Source: Raillietiella orientalis (lineage: Eukaryota). Taken from it: a DNA stretch of 64,000 nt. The notes under the pieces were generated by a model. The model saw only the letters and a program-made list of their open reading frames with translations. It had not been told where the DNA came from and ran no database searches. Positions within the stretch are counted from its first letter, which is position 1, and each line of letters opens with the position of its first letter. Positions 45,201 through 59,170 of the stretch are shown here, one piece after another. The position numbers and the translations under genes were made by a program. The DNA lies in the NCBI GenBank assembly GCA_036172245.1, contig JAYWIR010000002.1, positions 1,922,001-1,986,000 on the forward strand. The letters run 5' to 3'.

Positions 45201-46932
45201 CCTTTTATCATCACCCTTCTTGCAGCCGCGGAAGGACCGTTCCGGTATTCGTAACCACGGCTGCTTCGAAATCTCCAATTTACACTCCCATTGTGCCGGG
45301 AATGCGTTTTTACCCATGCAGGAACCGCGCCTTTTGTTGATCTTCCTCTCTTTCTTCTTGCGCGCTCCCCATTCCGCGAGCCCGGGCTCTCGAAGATCTC
45401 TCGCCTGTGCTGCCGGGACGGCGCGCTGATTACGGAACTTTCAAAAGTCAACTTCGCAATCTTCGACGTCTCCGAGAGACTCTGTTTGGGTTCTGCAGCC
45501 AATTTTAATACTCGGAAAAATCTTTGACGCGACTACGGAGTTGCCAATCCGAGATGCCGGAGGTGGATGCGGCGTCCGCAAACTTGGGCGTTCCGGACGA
45601 GGAGGAGGAGGAGAAAACTTTTTAATTTGGCATGCCCGAAAGGTCAAAAGCAAATCCTGGAGCCGCGGCTCCCGAGACAGGTGCGTACACAGACGCGCAG
45701 GCACGCGTCTCGCTCGCCTCGTGGAATTACAGAAACGTTCTGGGCTTGCGGAACTTTCGCCCGCGACTCGGCTGCAGCGCCATCGTCCAGAGCTGCGAAG
45801 CAGCGCCGCCGCCACCGCCGCAGCAGCGGAGCCGCTCGTTCCGCTGCTGCCTTCTTTCCCTCCGATCCTCCTTGCTTCCTTTTTTTTTTGTTTTTGTTTT
45901 CCTTCCCGGAGACGTTCGAAAATTCCGGCCTCAGGTTACGTTCGTTGCCTTGCGCCGGGATGATGAGCACCTCGAAAGCTTCGCTCCGTAGGGGGTCGCC
46001 CACGCCTTGCTACCCGGTCTTGCTTTCCCTCCAGCCGTCCCTCGCTCCCGCTTACGAGCCTTCCGGACCATCGCCTCTGACTTCGATATGGGTCATCCCA
46101 TTCTTAATCGCTTGGGGAGTCCCGTCCGAGGAGGCGGGAATGACAGTCGCTGAGGCACCCGAGTGCCGCGCCCCCGTGCAGGCGACGGCCCCGCGGAGAC
46201 GTCTCACGTTTTCAGCCCTCACCGGACAGGGGAGGGGTGGGACCGCGAGTGCCGCGATCGGCAGGGCGGGGACAGGGGCCCGGGCGCCACCGAACCGGCA
46301 CGGCTCCTTGCGCCCGCTGCGGACGGCATCCGATCTTCCGCTGCACCACTCTTGCGCATGCCCGGTGTCTCCCTCCCCCCTCTCCCACCTCGCGAAGAGG
46401 GACGGGCGAGCGCGAAGATCTGCTTCTGCGCATCGCTGTGCGCTGACGTTAATTATAGAAGTCCTCCCCCCCCCCCCCCAAGTTATTCACCCTTCCGCTG
46501 CACTCGCGTTTACGCTCTGCCGACGCGACGCGCTTTCCGCGCGCGCCGAGCGCACGGGCACATCCCGAGAAGGAAGACGGGGAGGGAGCGGGCGGGGGGG
46601 AGAGCCTGGGAGGGAAAGATTCCCCTCCCTGTCTTGCACGCCCGAGACGCAGCACATCGTTGTTGCTGGGCGTCGTCGTCTTCCTCCACTTCTCCAGACG
46701 GATGCGCTCCCGCGTTCCCGTGCTATCGTTTGATGCTTCGTTTCAGGTAATGGATCCGCTTCGCCCTGACGGAAGGGAAGGAACGGGAGGAGGAGGAGGA
46801 GGAGGAGTGGGGGGGGGGAAATGCACCAAAAAACCGGAGCGAATTCAAAAGGCAGGAGGGACGGGAAGGGGGGGAGGGCGGAGGGAGATGTTGTTCCCGC
46901 CGTTCGCTCCGTTGCGTTTCAAGCGGAGCGCA

Positions 46933-46965
<33 letters not shown>
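46933..46965. repeat. (GCC)11 microsatellite
   Basis: Direct reading. Confidence 0.9.
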
Positions 46966-46967
<2 letters not shown>

Positions 46968-49900
46968 GCGCGCGCGGAGGGGCGGAGACCACCCTCGCGC
47001 ACCGTCCCCGGACAGGCGTTTCTGAAGTGGGTCGCTGCTGCCCAGCCGTTCTTCCTGCGGCGCCTGCGGCGTCTCCGTGTTTACGAGGCCGCCGGTACGT
47101 CCTGCTCGATACCTGGAACCGGTCCAAAAGCACGCCGTTCCCGTAATATCAAAAAGGGGTATCGATTTTCCATATTTGCTTTTCCGGCTGGGATAGCGCG
47201 CTTCCCCCTCGCGCGCTTCGGCACGGCCAAGCTCCTCCGCGGGAACGGTTGCGTTCGGAGCCGCTGCCGCCGCCGCCGCCGCCTGGCGTTCCTCTCGCCC
47301 GGAGAGAGCGCAGGAAGGCGAGTCACGTGACCGGGATGCAGGCAGCGTTTCCCTCGTCGTCCAGAGGGGCAGCTCGCCCCGCGCGTCCCCGGGTGCGGCC
47401 CGCACGAGCCACCTCCGTCTGTCTTTCTCGTGCTGCGAGTGGCGGGTGGAAAGGAGAGCGGGGAAAAACCATCCCCCAGCGCCCCGCCGCCGATGCGCGC
47501 ACCTCCCGGTCTTTCGGGGAACGACCGCTCGCGCGCAGCGGAGAACGGGCGGGAGGCTGACAGCGCCACCCTGTCAACGAAGTGTCCAGCGCACCTCCGG
47601 AGGGGTCGGGAGATCGTCGAGTCCTCCTCCTCCTCCCCACGAGCGATGGGGGGAGGGGCACGTTTCGTTGCGGCGGGGCGCATCAGCAGCCGCGCGCTCT
47701 AGAGAGCGAGGGGTGGGAGCGGGCCAAACCGAGGCACACCCAAGACTCAAAAAAGGGGGGGGGGATAGGCGGGGGCGGAGACGAGGAGATGGAGCTGCTC
47801 CCGCACTTCTTTTCCCGCGCGCCGGTTCGGTCCGGGAAGCGGCGGGGGCAGCGGGACGAGCGGCCCGCGCGCTCTCGAGTGTTGCAGCAGCCGCGAGATG
47901 GCTCTGCGGAGCTCTCGCTCGTGCGGTCACCTCCCTGCTGGACGCATCCTTCCGCGGTCCAGTTGGAAGGACTCCCCTCGGATGCACGGCGGAGGTTGAC
48001 GCGCACGAGTCCTCTCGAGGGCGGAGGCTTGGGGGGAAGGGGGGGGTTCGAAACGAGTATCGATGCGATCCCGCATTCTGGGAAGCTGCGCCTGATAGCC
48101 AGGAAGCAACAGTCTGGACCGAGCAGCTGGTCGATTCGCTCCTGTGCTTTTGCGAACGTGGAGCACATCTCCCGGAGGGGAGGAAGGAGGGACGCAGCCC
48201 TCCCCCCGGCAAAGGTTTCGGGACCAGCAGACGAAGCGGACGCGCGGCAAACTCTCAGGGGAGGAGGTGGAAGATTTTTCCGGATGCACGGGAACCAACA
48301 GGGCGAGCTTCTATAGGCAGGAGGGACCTGGGAAGGGGGGATAAACCTCGCCACCCCGGGAGTACCGGGGGCGGTGCGAGCATCCCGGAAAGCAGCGCGG
48401 TGGTCACCACCAGCCTGCCCGAATATCAGCCGCAGAGAGCCTCCCGGCAGGCACTTCGCTCTGGAGCGCCCGGAGGACCGATCGAAATGGGTCCCGGAAT
48501 GTGGAAAGGGAAGGGCGCTCGACCTCCCCTTCTCTCGCTGCTGAAGGGAGCGGCGACGGTGGTGTTTCGAGCAGGCGGAGGGAGATCCTGTCGAGGAAAG
48601 CCAGGAGGATCTCCCCTTCATCAGGCCCTCGTTCACCGGCGTCCCTCCCTCTCAGTGTGTCACGAGGGAGGTCTCCGTGGGTCCTCGTGCCGAGCTGACG
48701 GCTCCCCCCCCCCCCCCCCCCTTCCACGCGCTAGGTAGACCTCTCGGCTCGCACGCGCATCCGCCGAACGTCTCCTTCCTTTGCCTCCTGCGTTCCTCGG
48801 CTTCCATCCGCAGGGGTTGGCGGAAGCGCGAAAGGCTTCCTTGCCCCCCTCCCTCCCTCGCTTCCTCCCACCCCGGCGGCGGCGGGATTAGTCAGTTGGC
48901 CGGGCGGCTGCTGCCGTCTTTCTCGTCAAGAAGAAAGAGGATGGAGGCGGCACGATCCTCTCTCACCCCGCCTCTTCTTCGGTTTCCTCCCGCGGCAGGC
49001 AGCGGCATCAAACAGGCCTTTGTCTTTCGCAGCCTCCTTCCCTCTTCGAAAATAGTTCACTCTTTTCCAGGATCCAAGAGGAGAGACGGGTTGTGCTTCA
49101 TGCTCCTCCCGGAGAGGGGTGGCTGGGTGGGGAAGGCAAGGCCGCGATTACGTGGATCACGCCGCCGCCGCCGCCGCCGCTACAGATCAGGAAGCGGGCG
49201 GTGCTTCCCTCGCCAGCTCAGGGTAAACGGGACGGGAGGGGCCGCAACCGGGATTTTTTTCGGGCCGTTTTTCGGGGAGCGAAGTCCGAAGCCTTTCAGG
49301 CGAGGTGCGAAGCAAGCCAAGTCGTCTGCGGCCAGCGACAGCAGGATATTTTGCTCCGAGGATTGGCCGGAGATGCAGGCGAAGCTGTCGCACGGCGAGC
49401 CGCGCGGGCTGACGAGGGAGGGGGCGGATTACTCGCCCCGCTCGCACGCGAAAATGACAAAAAAAAAACCGAAAGAAAGAAAGAAACAGAAAGACGCGTA
49501 GCATCGATGTCGCCTTCGCAACGACGACGAAAACGCGAAAGCACCTGCGAGGAGGAGGAGCTTCGCATGGAATTCGGTTCACCGTGGAAACGAACAATCG
49601 ATAAGCGCCCAACAATGACTATTGCGTTTGGTGCTGGATTTGGGGGAGGGGAGGAGCAAAAGAAGAATCGCGCGCACACACACTGACCACCCTGCTAAAG
49701 AGGCTGGGAAGATCACGACGGTGTGTGTGTGCGTGTATTTTTTATTTTTATTTTCTCATTCTCCCGCGTGAAGGGTCCTCCTGGAACAGAAGCGACAGCA
49801 GCGACTTATCGCTGCTCCCATTTCGGGAAGCGACATGCAAATCATCAACTTGGAGACCGGACGCCGAGCAAATGCCTGAAAAAACACGTCCTTGTTCCGC

Positions 49901-52900
49901 AAACTAAGGCAAAAAGAAAAAAAAGAAGAGAGAGACTGGATGTTTGCAGGTTGGTGAAGTGATACCAAATGTCGTCCCGATTTTGCCGACCTGGAATCCG
50001 CTGCGTTGTCTCCTGACACGATCACATTTAAGGGACTGACTCCATTTCGTTTTCCCTTTTCTTGTCAGATGGCTCGACTCTGCGGTGCAGAATTGCAGCA
50101 GCCGTTTGAGGGAGGGATTGGGGACCTGATCTTTAGATCTCATCGAAGTGGGAGCCTTTTCGTTCGCGTCACCTGAAGGGCATCTCTCTACGGCATCGCG
50201 AGATCGCGCACGCCCCCCCTTCCGAAAAAAAAAAAAAAGGATCTTCATAAGGACAAACTGCGCGCGCATTTGGTCAGTGCTAACGGGGTAGGGGAGCGTC
50301 GCAAGGGAGGGTGCTCGGCTCTCTTCCCCGACCGCGAAAAGGGAAAGGCGGCGGAGCAGGGGCTGCGTCCCTCCCGTATGGGCACGCATCCCCTAACTTT
50401 CGCGGGATTTTCCCGGGAATCCTCGTGCTCGCCTCCCTCGATCCTCACTCGAGAAGAAGCGGCTCGCGCGCGGACCACCGAGGGCCCCCTCTCGCGTTTT
50501 ATTTTTTTCCCCCGGCGGACCCTCGCGGAAAGCAGCTCCGCGCCCAGCTGCACTTCCCGTCCAGATGGGGCGGAAGGAAACGTGCAATTACCGACCACTC
50601 GCAACATCTTGACTGAGAATCGAGAAACAGCCGAATACCGGGCGCAGTGGTCTTGTGTACTGTCTCCCCCTACCTCCCCCACCCCCTTGCCTTACTCTGC
50701 GCAGCTGCCCTCCGCTGCAAAAGCTCGCGTTGCTGCAACTCGCCTCCTCCTCTTGGGTGCGCATCCGCCCGCATACCTCCCCCCCCTCCTCCTCTTCCGT
50801 GCACACATCTCGCATCTCTGCGCGTGCGGAAAGCTGCTGTCGTGGGACCAAAGACCTTCACGCTTGTCCTTCTCTTGGTCCTCCGACCAGCCAACAGCAG
50901 AAGCGCTTAGGTGGCCTCCGCATCGCAGGCGGAGCGATTCTGGCACTCCTGCCGCTCTTCCCGTGCGGCCTTGCCTTGAGCCTCCCGGAGGCAATTATCG
51001 CGCGCCCGGGATTCCTGCCGTGTCTGGCCTTCAGGGGATTCCTCCTCCGCCTCCTCCCCCCTTGCGCCCTGCCGTTCGCTTCCTCCCCCCACTCCCTTTC
51101 CCGAGTCATGAGACCCGGGCAAGCGAGCAGCAGGGGTGGCGCGAGCGGCGGCCCGCAAGGGGGGGAGGGGGGAGGAGAGACCCTCGCCTGCGTGCGCGCC
51201 CCCGAGGGGCTTCGCCACGCAGGCGATCCCGGCGTCTCCTGTTGCTCTCCTGGCAGACCGCCTTCTTCAGGAGCGTGGGATCGATGGACAGGAAGGAACG
51301 CAGGGAGCCGGCGCGTTCCTCCCCGCCCGCCGCTGCCAGCGCCGCCGCCGGCGCGCGTGCTCGCGTTCCCTCTCTCGACGACTCCCAGCTTCTCCCTGGG
51401 AAAATGGGGAGAGCTGCTGTTGCTGCTGTTCTCGAATCTCTTCCGGAGGGCACCCCAAGCATCGTCCTTTTCCGGCTTCATGCCGTCCCTCGGGAGGGCG
51501 GAGTGGCTCCTTCCTTCGCCCCCACCGGCGGATTTTCCTGCGCGCCCCAACCAACGCTCGCAAAGACGTGCTGCACCGAGATGTAGTGCAGTCCCACCCT
51601 CCCTCTCACTCCAGTTTGCGCGCTGCTGTCACCGCCTTCTGAGCTCCGTGCCGTTTCTCTCTGGACAGCTGGACGCTTCCGGTCGCGGTCGCGCTAGGGT
51701 TTCACCCACGCAGCGACGCGGCTGCGCACAACCGAAGAGGAATCTCCTCGTCCTTATTGTGACCCTTTCGCTGCTGCCCAGACTCTTCGCTCCGTCCGTC
51801 GTTTTTGGGGGAAGGAGGGAGAGTGCCGGGCGCACATCCGTTGCTGGAGGAGCAGTGAGTGCGCTCGTTGATGGCCCAATGGGAAGGTTCTATGAGGTTC
51901 TCCCGGCATCCTGTTGCGGCGGGGTCTAAGAGAGGGCGACCAGCCATGGAACGGGGGAACGCACAGGCGTGTCCCTGCCTCAACGTCAATTCACTGTCTA
52001 GGAGCCGGGTAGTTCTATCTACGCCTCCACGCGCGCGGCGTTTCGCGCGCCGGCGGCATTCCCAACAGGGATCAAATCAGGAGGAGAATCCAGTGGTCGC
52101 TCATCTTCGGGAATGGGGCTTTGGGACTCTTCGTCGTGCCCGCATGAGGGGAGGGAACCGTCCCTGCTGCTGCTGCCTACTCAGCAGCCACTAGACGGGC
52201 AGGTAAAGAAGGAGGAGGGTTGCGTAGACCTGGGTTCCCTACTCATGGGCCGCGGACGCGCGCTTCACCTTCGCACCCCCTCTTCCTTCCGGGAATCACC
52301 TTCTAGTCCGAACCAGAAAACAGGCGGTCTTTGGACTGAAGGAGGCGGCAGTCTCGGGTCGCTTCAGTTGGATCCTGCCCCCCCCTCTTCCACCGGTTTG
52401 TGCAGCGCCGGGGCGAAGGGATCTGCCGTACAGGAGCGACGCGGAACTCCTTTCTCCCAGGGTCCGGATCAGCGGCAACAGACTGCCTGCCTGCCGCGTT
52501 AAGATCCAGGCTGAGAAGCTGTGCGCCTGCGAGCGGGTCGGGAAGAAACGGTCGCATCCGCGTGGGGTCCTCATCCTCGGGCAAAGGCGATGGGGAGGTA
52601 CTACGCGTGGTGACGCCGCTTTCCAACTTCCCTTCTTCCAGGAGGGACGTGATGACGTCCTGCCCACACCAGAGAATGCCCCTCCACCCCAGTCCGCCTG
52701 CGGCTATATCCCAACCGGGAAGAAGATAAGCCGCGCCGAGCATTGGTGCCGAAGGCGGGCGCGGTGCATCACCACCCACGCATCCATCCAAGGTTCCCCT
52801 GCTCCCACGGATTCGAGTTTCGCTGAGGCTGAGCAGAATGGACGGAGTGGAGAAGAGCCCGCGAGAGGGAAGGGTTGCGTCGAGGAGGGGCGAGCAGAAG

Positions 52901-55779
52901 GCGACGGTGGCCCCCGCTGCCTCTGCCAGGGTGCGTTCCTCCTCAGCGCAGCCAGGAAGCATTCGCGGGAGGATCGTCCTGGTGTCCTAAGAGAAAGGAG
53001 CAACAGGTCGTGGCTCCGGGATCCAAGCGCAGTAGGCCTGAGAGCAGCCTTGCGGTCATTCCACGTAAGAGCGTCTGTTCGCGCAGCGCTGACGACATTG
53101 CTCCGGAAACGTCGTCCTTGCCGCCGGCAGGATGGCGGGCGACCATCCCCTTTGGTGAAGGGGGGAGGAAGGGCAGGGCGGGGTCGAACGGTGCCTCGCA
53201 AACGCTGCTTGCCCGCTCCTTCTGCGGTGTCCACGCGGCTCTTTGCAGTGCGGGATGGAGGGGAGGAGGAGGAGCTTGGTGTCTGTCGCAGCGCGTGCGC
53301 CCGAGCCAAACGTTTCCTCGCTACGCGCGCGCACTCGCCCACGCATACGCAGGTGGCGTATGGCAGCCCGCAGGATGTGGAAACTCACGTGGAGCACCTC
53401 GGATTTTCCCGCTTCGAAAATCAAGGCCTTGAGCAGCGCCGCGGCAGCTCCGAGCAGCGGCCCAAGCTTCCGGACCACTGCCCGAGATGCGTGCGGACGC
53501 ATTTGGGGTGCGAAGCGCCCTCTCCGCTGCTTTTACCAGCTCCCGGCGAAAACCCGAAGGAAGGTCTGTCCTGGGACAGCGGTGTCACCTGATTTCCCGA
53601 ACCGTGTTTCGTCCTTGTCTCTCGCGAGCTCCCGGCAGGAAGGGAGGGAGGGAGAGAGCCTGCTGCGCGCGCGCAGGCGCTCTTTCATGCCACCGTTCAT
53701 CCCTCCGTTTCTTCAGCGCGGGAAGCTTCCAGGCTTTCAACAGAAGCGCCACCGAGGGCCTTTCACGCGTGCCGAAGAGACTTTGCAGCGCGAGTCCTTC
53801 CTTCACTTCCCCTGCTCCCCCTTTTCCGGATTTTTAGAGTACGAAGATGCCGATGTCACATGTCTTTCTCTCGTACACACGCCTTTTATTAGTGCCATTA
53901 TTCTCTGTCGCGAAACAACGCCTAAGCCACTTGCGCCAACTTTCGCCTCTACGCAACGCGCGACGACAATGCAGGCTGCTTGGCAACCGCCTTCGCTCCG
54001 CTTGAAACAAGGAAACCGCCATTTCATTGCGCTCTCTTGGTGCCCGGCGGAGGCAGGTTGTTTTTGGAAAGGAGCGCAGCTCCGCGGTATGTGGATGTGT
54101 CGCGTCAGATGTCGGCTCCCGTGACCTTTTGTTCTTCCCGGGAGACGGCGTACCGAGGAAAAACGGATGGTCTTTTGCAACCAAACTGCAAGCAGCATTC
54201 CCATCATCATGATTTCGGTGTGTAGTGTCAACCTTGGAACGTACACCGTGCGAATACGGTCTGGGGAGCCATAAAAAGTTCTGTTCGTATAAACACGGGG
54301 AAAAAAAGAAAGAAAAAAAAAAACAAAATTGGTCAGGAAAGAGAATCCACACCTGAAGAGGCCTAATGGGCCCCAAGTGTGGACCCGATAATCACATTGT
54401 AGTAAAAGAAAGTGAATAGATGCAAGGGGAATGATTCAGTGCGATAAGTGTACGGGAGAACGCTCAAATCTCGCAATCTGGCTAATCTCGTCGTTGGTGC
54501 TGGGGATAAGCTCCCGTGCGTACCCTGCGGACCGAAAGCACACAACTCGGGAGGGCGAAACTTTCCTCCGCGACTTTGCGAAGCACTTGGTGCCAATACG
54601 CCGAGTTCTGCGCTAAACAGCAACACGTATCCTATAAACTTCGAGCTTAATTGCACCGGGAAACAACGGAAACGGAAAGGCAAATAAAAAAAGACTCAAC
54701 AAGAGAGGGGGGGGGGGAGGAGGAGAGAGAAGCAGCCGCAATTCCTCGGGAAAAGTGCATTCCTGCTCTTCCGTAGCAGCGAAGATGGTATTTGAAATGC
54801 CAGGGATGCTTTTGATTCGCAGTAATTCAATTTCCGATGGTCCCTCGTTTGTGTTCGAGGATGGTTTTCCCCGAGCACTCGCTCGGATACCACCATCCTC
54901 CGTGCCCGCGAATCAAAAATTTGTATTTCCATCGCATTATGCAGTGTTTGAAGTATATGTAGATTTTGGAGAATGGATCCAGGAATCCGCTGTACGGAGG
55001 GCGGAAGGGAAATTCCTCGCCGGCTGACTCGTGCTTTCCAGCTTTGCGTGTGACCCGACGGGAATCCGCGTGCCACTTCGAAAGCGCGCGCGTGCGCTCT
55101 GAGGTTTTTTCGGGAGACGTAGCTCGTTGTCTCCTCCGTCGCTCGCGGAAGGGGGGAGGAGGCGGGGGGGGGGGAGGAATGTGCTCTCTCCCCACAACGC
55201 ACGTCCGGGAAGGAGCACCGCGATCTTTGATTACGTGAACGGGGGGGGGAGGCTTTCGCATGTCACAGATGATGACGTGACGACACGATGACAGTAAAGC
55301 AGAAGCAGCAGCAGGGCCACAGGCAACTCGCGTGGAGCCGTCTCGGATCTTTCTCTTTTCCCTTCTCCTTCGGACGTTCGGCGACTCCGCCCCTCTCGAA
55401 CGGAGAGGAACCACCGCGGATGACGCCGACTTGACCGCTCCTCGCGAAGACACGCGGCCCAGCCGGCGCACCTGTTGGTCGAGAGATGGCGCAGTACGAC
55501 GGGTGGGCGGGTCGCCAAGACGCCATCGAAAAATAGAAAGCAGCGTCCCCACGGGCTCCAAGTGGCGAAAATCCGAGTTTTTGCGCGCGCGTAGTGGCGC
55601 AAGAAGAAAGTGATGGTGCGGGGTGAGCGCGCATGACGGGAGGAAGGGGGACGGAGGGAAAGGCACGCGGGGGGTATTTTCCTCGTTTTTCTGGAGGCGG
55701 ACGCCCCTCCGAAAGGACGCTGAAAATTCCCCTCGAACTATCCTTGGGATCTTCCGGGAGTGCCGGCTCTTTAGCTCCT

Positions 55780-56420
55780 TCCTGGAGGAGGAGTCACGGC
55801 TGAGGATGAGGGGGTTGGCGGGCCTCCCCTGCTCACGTCGCTCCCCGCTCTACCCGCCTGGCCTTGCTCTTTCCGGCTGGACTATGGGGAAAAGGGGGAG
55901 ACTCGACAGCGGGCAGTGGGACACCCGCTCTTCATTCTCCAACGAACCCGCTCTTCATTCTCCATCTGCGGGTTCTCCGCAGTCCACTCCGAACCGCCAG
56001 GGACTATCGGGAGGGCGAATGCGAAGAAGGGGGGTGGGATCTGAAAGCAAAGGGGAGCGGAGGGAGAGGAGGGTCTTTCACAACGCCGCCGCGTGCCCTG
56101 GAGAAAAGGACAGGGCAGGTCGGAGCCGGACATTCCCTTCTTTTGTTGCCTCCTTCAATTCCTGGCGATTCGGAGGTTATCGAATACTCAGCGGTCCGGT
56201 GCCCAGTCCTCTGGTTGGATCCATGGAGGAGACCACCCGCTTTCTCCTCTCTCGCCGCTTAATAGCCGTGCGGGGATGGGAAGCAGACCGCTCCGCTTGG
56301 GCGGCGGCGGCAGCCTTTTCTGCCAGCACGATGACTCCCTGCCGCCCTTTCCCCTCCCTCCTCACCCCGGATGAGGCACCTTCCGCCGAAGCATTCCCGG
56401 AAAAAACGCCTCTTCCGCTG
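55780..56420 (-). mobile_element. Highly decayed non-LTR RT remnant
   Basis: In order on the minus strand across frameshifts: FRECF, RQGVIVLAEK, VFDNLRIAR, FQIPPPFFAF, VERG..EQGRPANPLILS. These resemble RT subdomains 1-4. Confidence 0.4.
55923..55964. repeat. 19-bp direct repeat (ACCCGCTCTTCATTCTCCA x2, period 23)
   Basis: Copies at 55923-55941 and 55946-55964. Confidence 0.9.
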
Positions 56421-56449
56421 ATGTCCTCGGGAAGTCGGATGGAGAGGTG

Positions 56450-59170
56450 AAACGGGTTTGCTGGGTTTCCCTTCCGAGTCCTCCCTCTCCCTCAGAGGCC
56501 GAAGGTGTGCTCCCCAGCCCCACGCGTCCTGACGGCTCGCTGGGGAGGGAGGGAAAAGTGAGGAAGGAAACATGCGCGATCCCTCCGCTTGCGCCTCTTT
56601 GGACCGGGAGGTTGAGGAGGCTCCTCTTGCTGCGCTCCCTGCCCGGGAGGCCATCGCGTGGCCTTGTTCAGCTGCCAGCATCCAGGAGGCTTGCCCGATT
56701 CTTCTCCCCTGCCGGACAGGAGGGAAGAATCGTGTCCCATGCCCTCACTCCTCCGTCCACGAGCGCTGCTGATCGAGACCTACCACTGCGAAGGGCTCTG
56801 GGATCGGAGCGATTAGGACGGGCGGCAGAGTACATAATTAGCCCGAAGCAGAATTACTCTGTTCCCGGACGAACCATGGAAGCCAACCTGTTCCTTGCCA
56901 GCACATGGTGGCAGTTGCAACGTGAAGCACAGACGGGTTATGAGAATCTAGGATTCTCCTCTGACCAGGGAAGAGAAGGCCAAAGAAGAAGAGCCACGTC
57001 CGGAGCCCTTGCAGTCGCAGTCGGTTTGCGTGAAGCTATCTACTGCGTCGACCAATCCCATGCGTTCCAGTAACTCCTTCTGGAGCTACTGGAACGCATG
57101 GGATCTCCGAAAGTCTCCCTGGACTATCTACGCTCCTGCTGGCGCTTCGCGCTCATAAACATTAGTTTCAGTGGCCGGCACGTGTACGGCGTGCCGATTC
57201 GATGCGGCATAAGGCAGGGTAACAGCCTGAGCCCCTTGCTTTTTAGCATATATTTCGAGTTGGTGCTGAGAGCATACAAGGAGACTCTGGCAAGGCGTGC
57301 TCATGTCCCGGCACGCCTGCCATGTTGGCCTATGCTGAGGATCTTCTGCTGCTGCTCCCCGGGTCCACCCCGGCTTTTGCTCTTGAGGAGCTCCTCGAGT
57401 TGCTCAGCCGCAGGACGGGCCTGGAGGTTAACAGAGCGAAGTCGTCACTAGTATTTTTTGGTGCGGCGTGGGATGGACAGCCGGACTGGATCCGCTTTGG
57501 GATGCCCACGGGCAGGTGCTTGAAGTACCTTGGCGTTCCCTTGGGGGACTTCTGCGTTGCAGAAGCCTGGTCCGACCATCTTCAAAAGGTGGAGTTGGCG
57601 ATCGGCCCGTTCCGGAACGGCAAGTTTTACTTGCAGGAACGGGCCGCGGTATGGAATGCGTTCACGGCCCCTCCTTCGTCCTCTACTTTTTGTTTGCTCC
57701 GCCCCATCTTTCATAAAAAGACGGACCGAAGCCCTCCTAAGGACTGCCCTTTGGGGCACAGTGAGATACCGAATCCTCTTAAAAGACTTGTGCGCTCCAC
57801 GCAGGGACGGTGGTTTGGACCTCCTGACGATGGAGCTCATGGAACGACAGCTCGACTTCAGGAAGCTAGCCCTTGCGGCGAGCTTATGGATGACGCCTTG
57901 GTGCGAACCTTCACGTCTTCTCGCCAGTAGAGTGATCTGCTGCCAAGGCTTGGGATCGTTGCTCGCAGCTCGCGAACGCAGCCTCAACAACTGTGGCCTT
58001 CAGCTGCGCCAGATGGTTGCCCTGGTGACAAAGCATACCTGGATCTCCTGACTCCCCGCGAACTACACTTCCTGGCTTCAGGAGTCAGTTTTCGCGTGGG
58101 CCAAGATCAACGGCTCGAGCGATGCAGAGTACAACTGCCTCCATCGAGATCCCAACGCTCGACAGTCCCTGCAGGAGATAATCAACAACCCTCGGAAGTT
58201 TCTGTGGGCTTCTTTCACCCCCCTTAACCCCGTTCTGTCCTCCCTCAAGAACATTAGGCACAGCAACGAGCGAGCTTCGTGGGAAGTGTCCTGCCTCATC
58301 CGAGACAAGAGAAAATCAGTAAAGGCGTGGACGACTCGGGTGCTAGTGGACTCTGCGACCCCGAGCGTCCCGCCTCAAGGGTTTGCGCGCTGGGGCGAGC
58401 TGCTCGCAGTACCTCCGGAGGAGGTGAAGTGGCACCCAGCGTGTTGGGATAGCGGCACCCTTCCGTTGAAGTGGTAGGAGACGGCGTTGCTCTTTCTGCA
58501 TTGGAAAATTTTAAGCAGAGCACGCCTGTCTCACTGGACACTGGGGAACGTGGATGCCCATTGCATCGAGTCAGGCGAAAGGTAAACCTTTCCGCATCTT
58601 ACATTAGAGTGTGTCTCCCTGGTTGGACCTTGAAGTCAAGTTTCCCCAATCCTCCTTCTTCCAGTAGGCGACCCTAAGGTCATTTATCGACGCCTCTTTC
58701 TGCGTGACGGCCTACGCCCCGCTGCGTCTCTAGCAGTCCTCTGCTGCGTGCGCGGCATCGTGGAGAGATGGAACGCTAGGAGAAGAGGCCAAAGAAGCAG
58801 GGACACCATCCACTGGACGGCGGTTTTTTTGGAGACCACGACAAGGTGGCTCCCACCACCCAGCACTAAAACAGAACTTGTCAGCATCCTAGATAGGATG
58901 TAGAGGACCGATCCAGGCGCCTAGTGATCCCTTCCCTGCCATCCCCTCCCCCATAAAACTATTCCTCTCCCCGTAATCCTTCTTTTTGTTTGAGTTTCCC
59001 CTTCCCCTGCGCCTCGGGAGAGGACCTCGCCGGTCTTAGCACCGGCTCACGACAAGTCTTCAAGCGTGGTAGAACCAAGTGTTCTACCACGACAGACAAT
59101 ACCTATAGACTTTATTATCTAATTTTGTAAGAAATTAGAATAATAAATGCCCCGGCATATCCGGGTGATA
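56450..59170 (+). mobile_element. Decayed, 5'-truncated L1/Tx1-clade non-LTR retrotransposon (copy A): RT domain, C-terminus and 3'UTR
   Basis: Across frameshifts and stops: IISPKQNYSVPGRTMEANL, VDQSHAF, GIRQGNSLSPLLF, LAYAEDL (YADD mutated, 57331-57342), GLEVNRAKS, KYLGVPLG, LCAPRRDGGL. The ORF remnant ends near 58900, followed by a pyrimidine-rich UTR, hairpins and AATAAA (59142-59147). The 5' boundary is approximate. Confidence 0.88.

Noticed and set aside
29000-55600. Long ORFs such as 38741-40138, 43598-44794, 47446-48738, 50270-51586
   Set aside because: Same GC artefact; no recognisable protein family or coherent exon structure.
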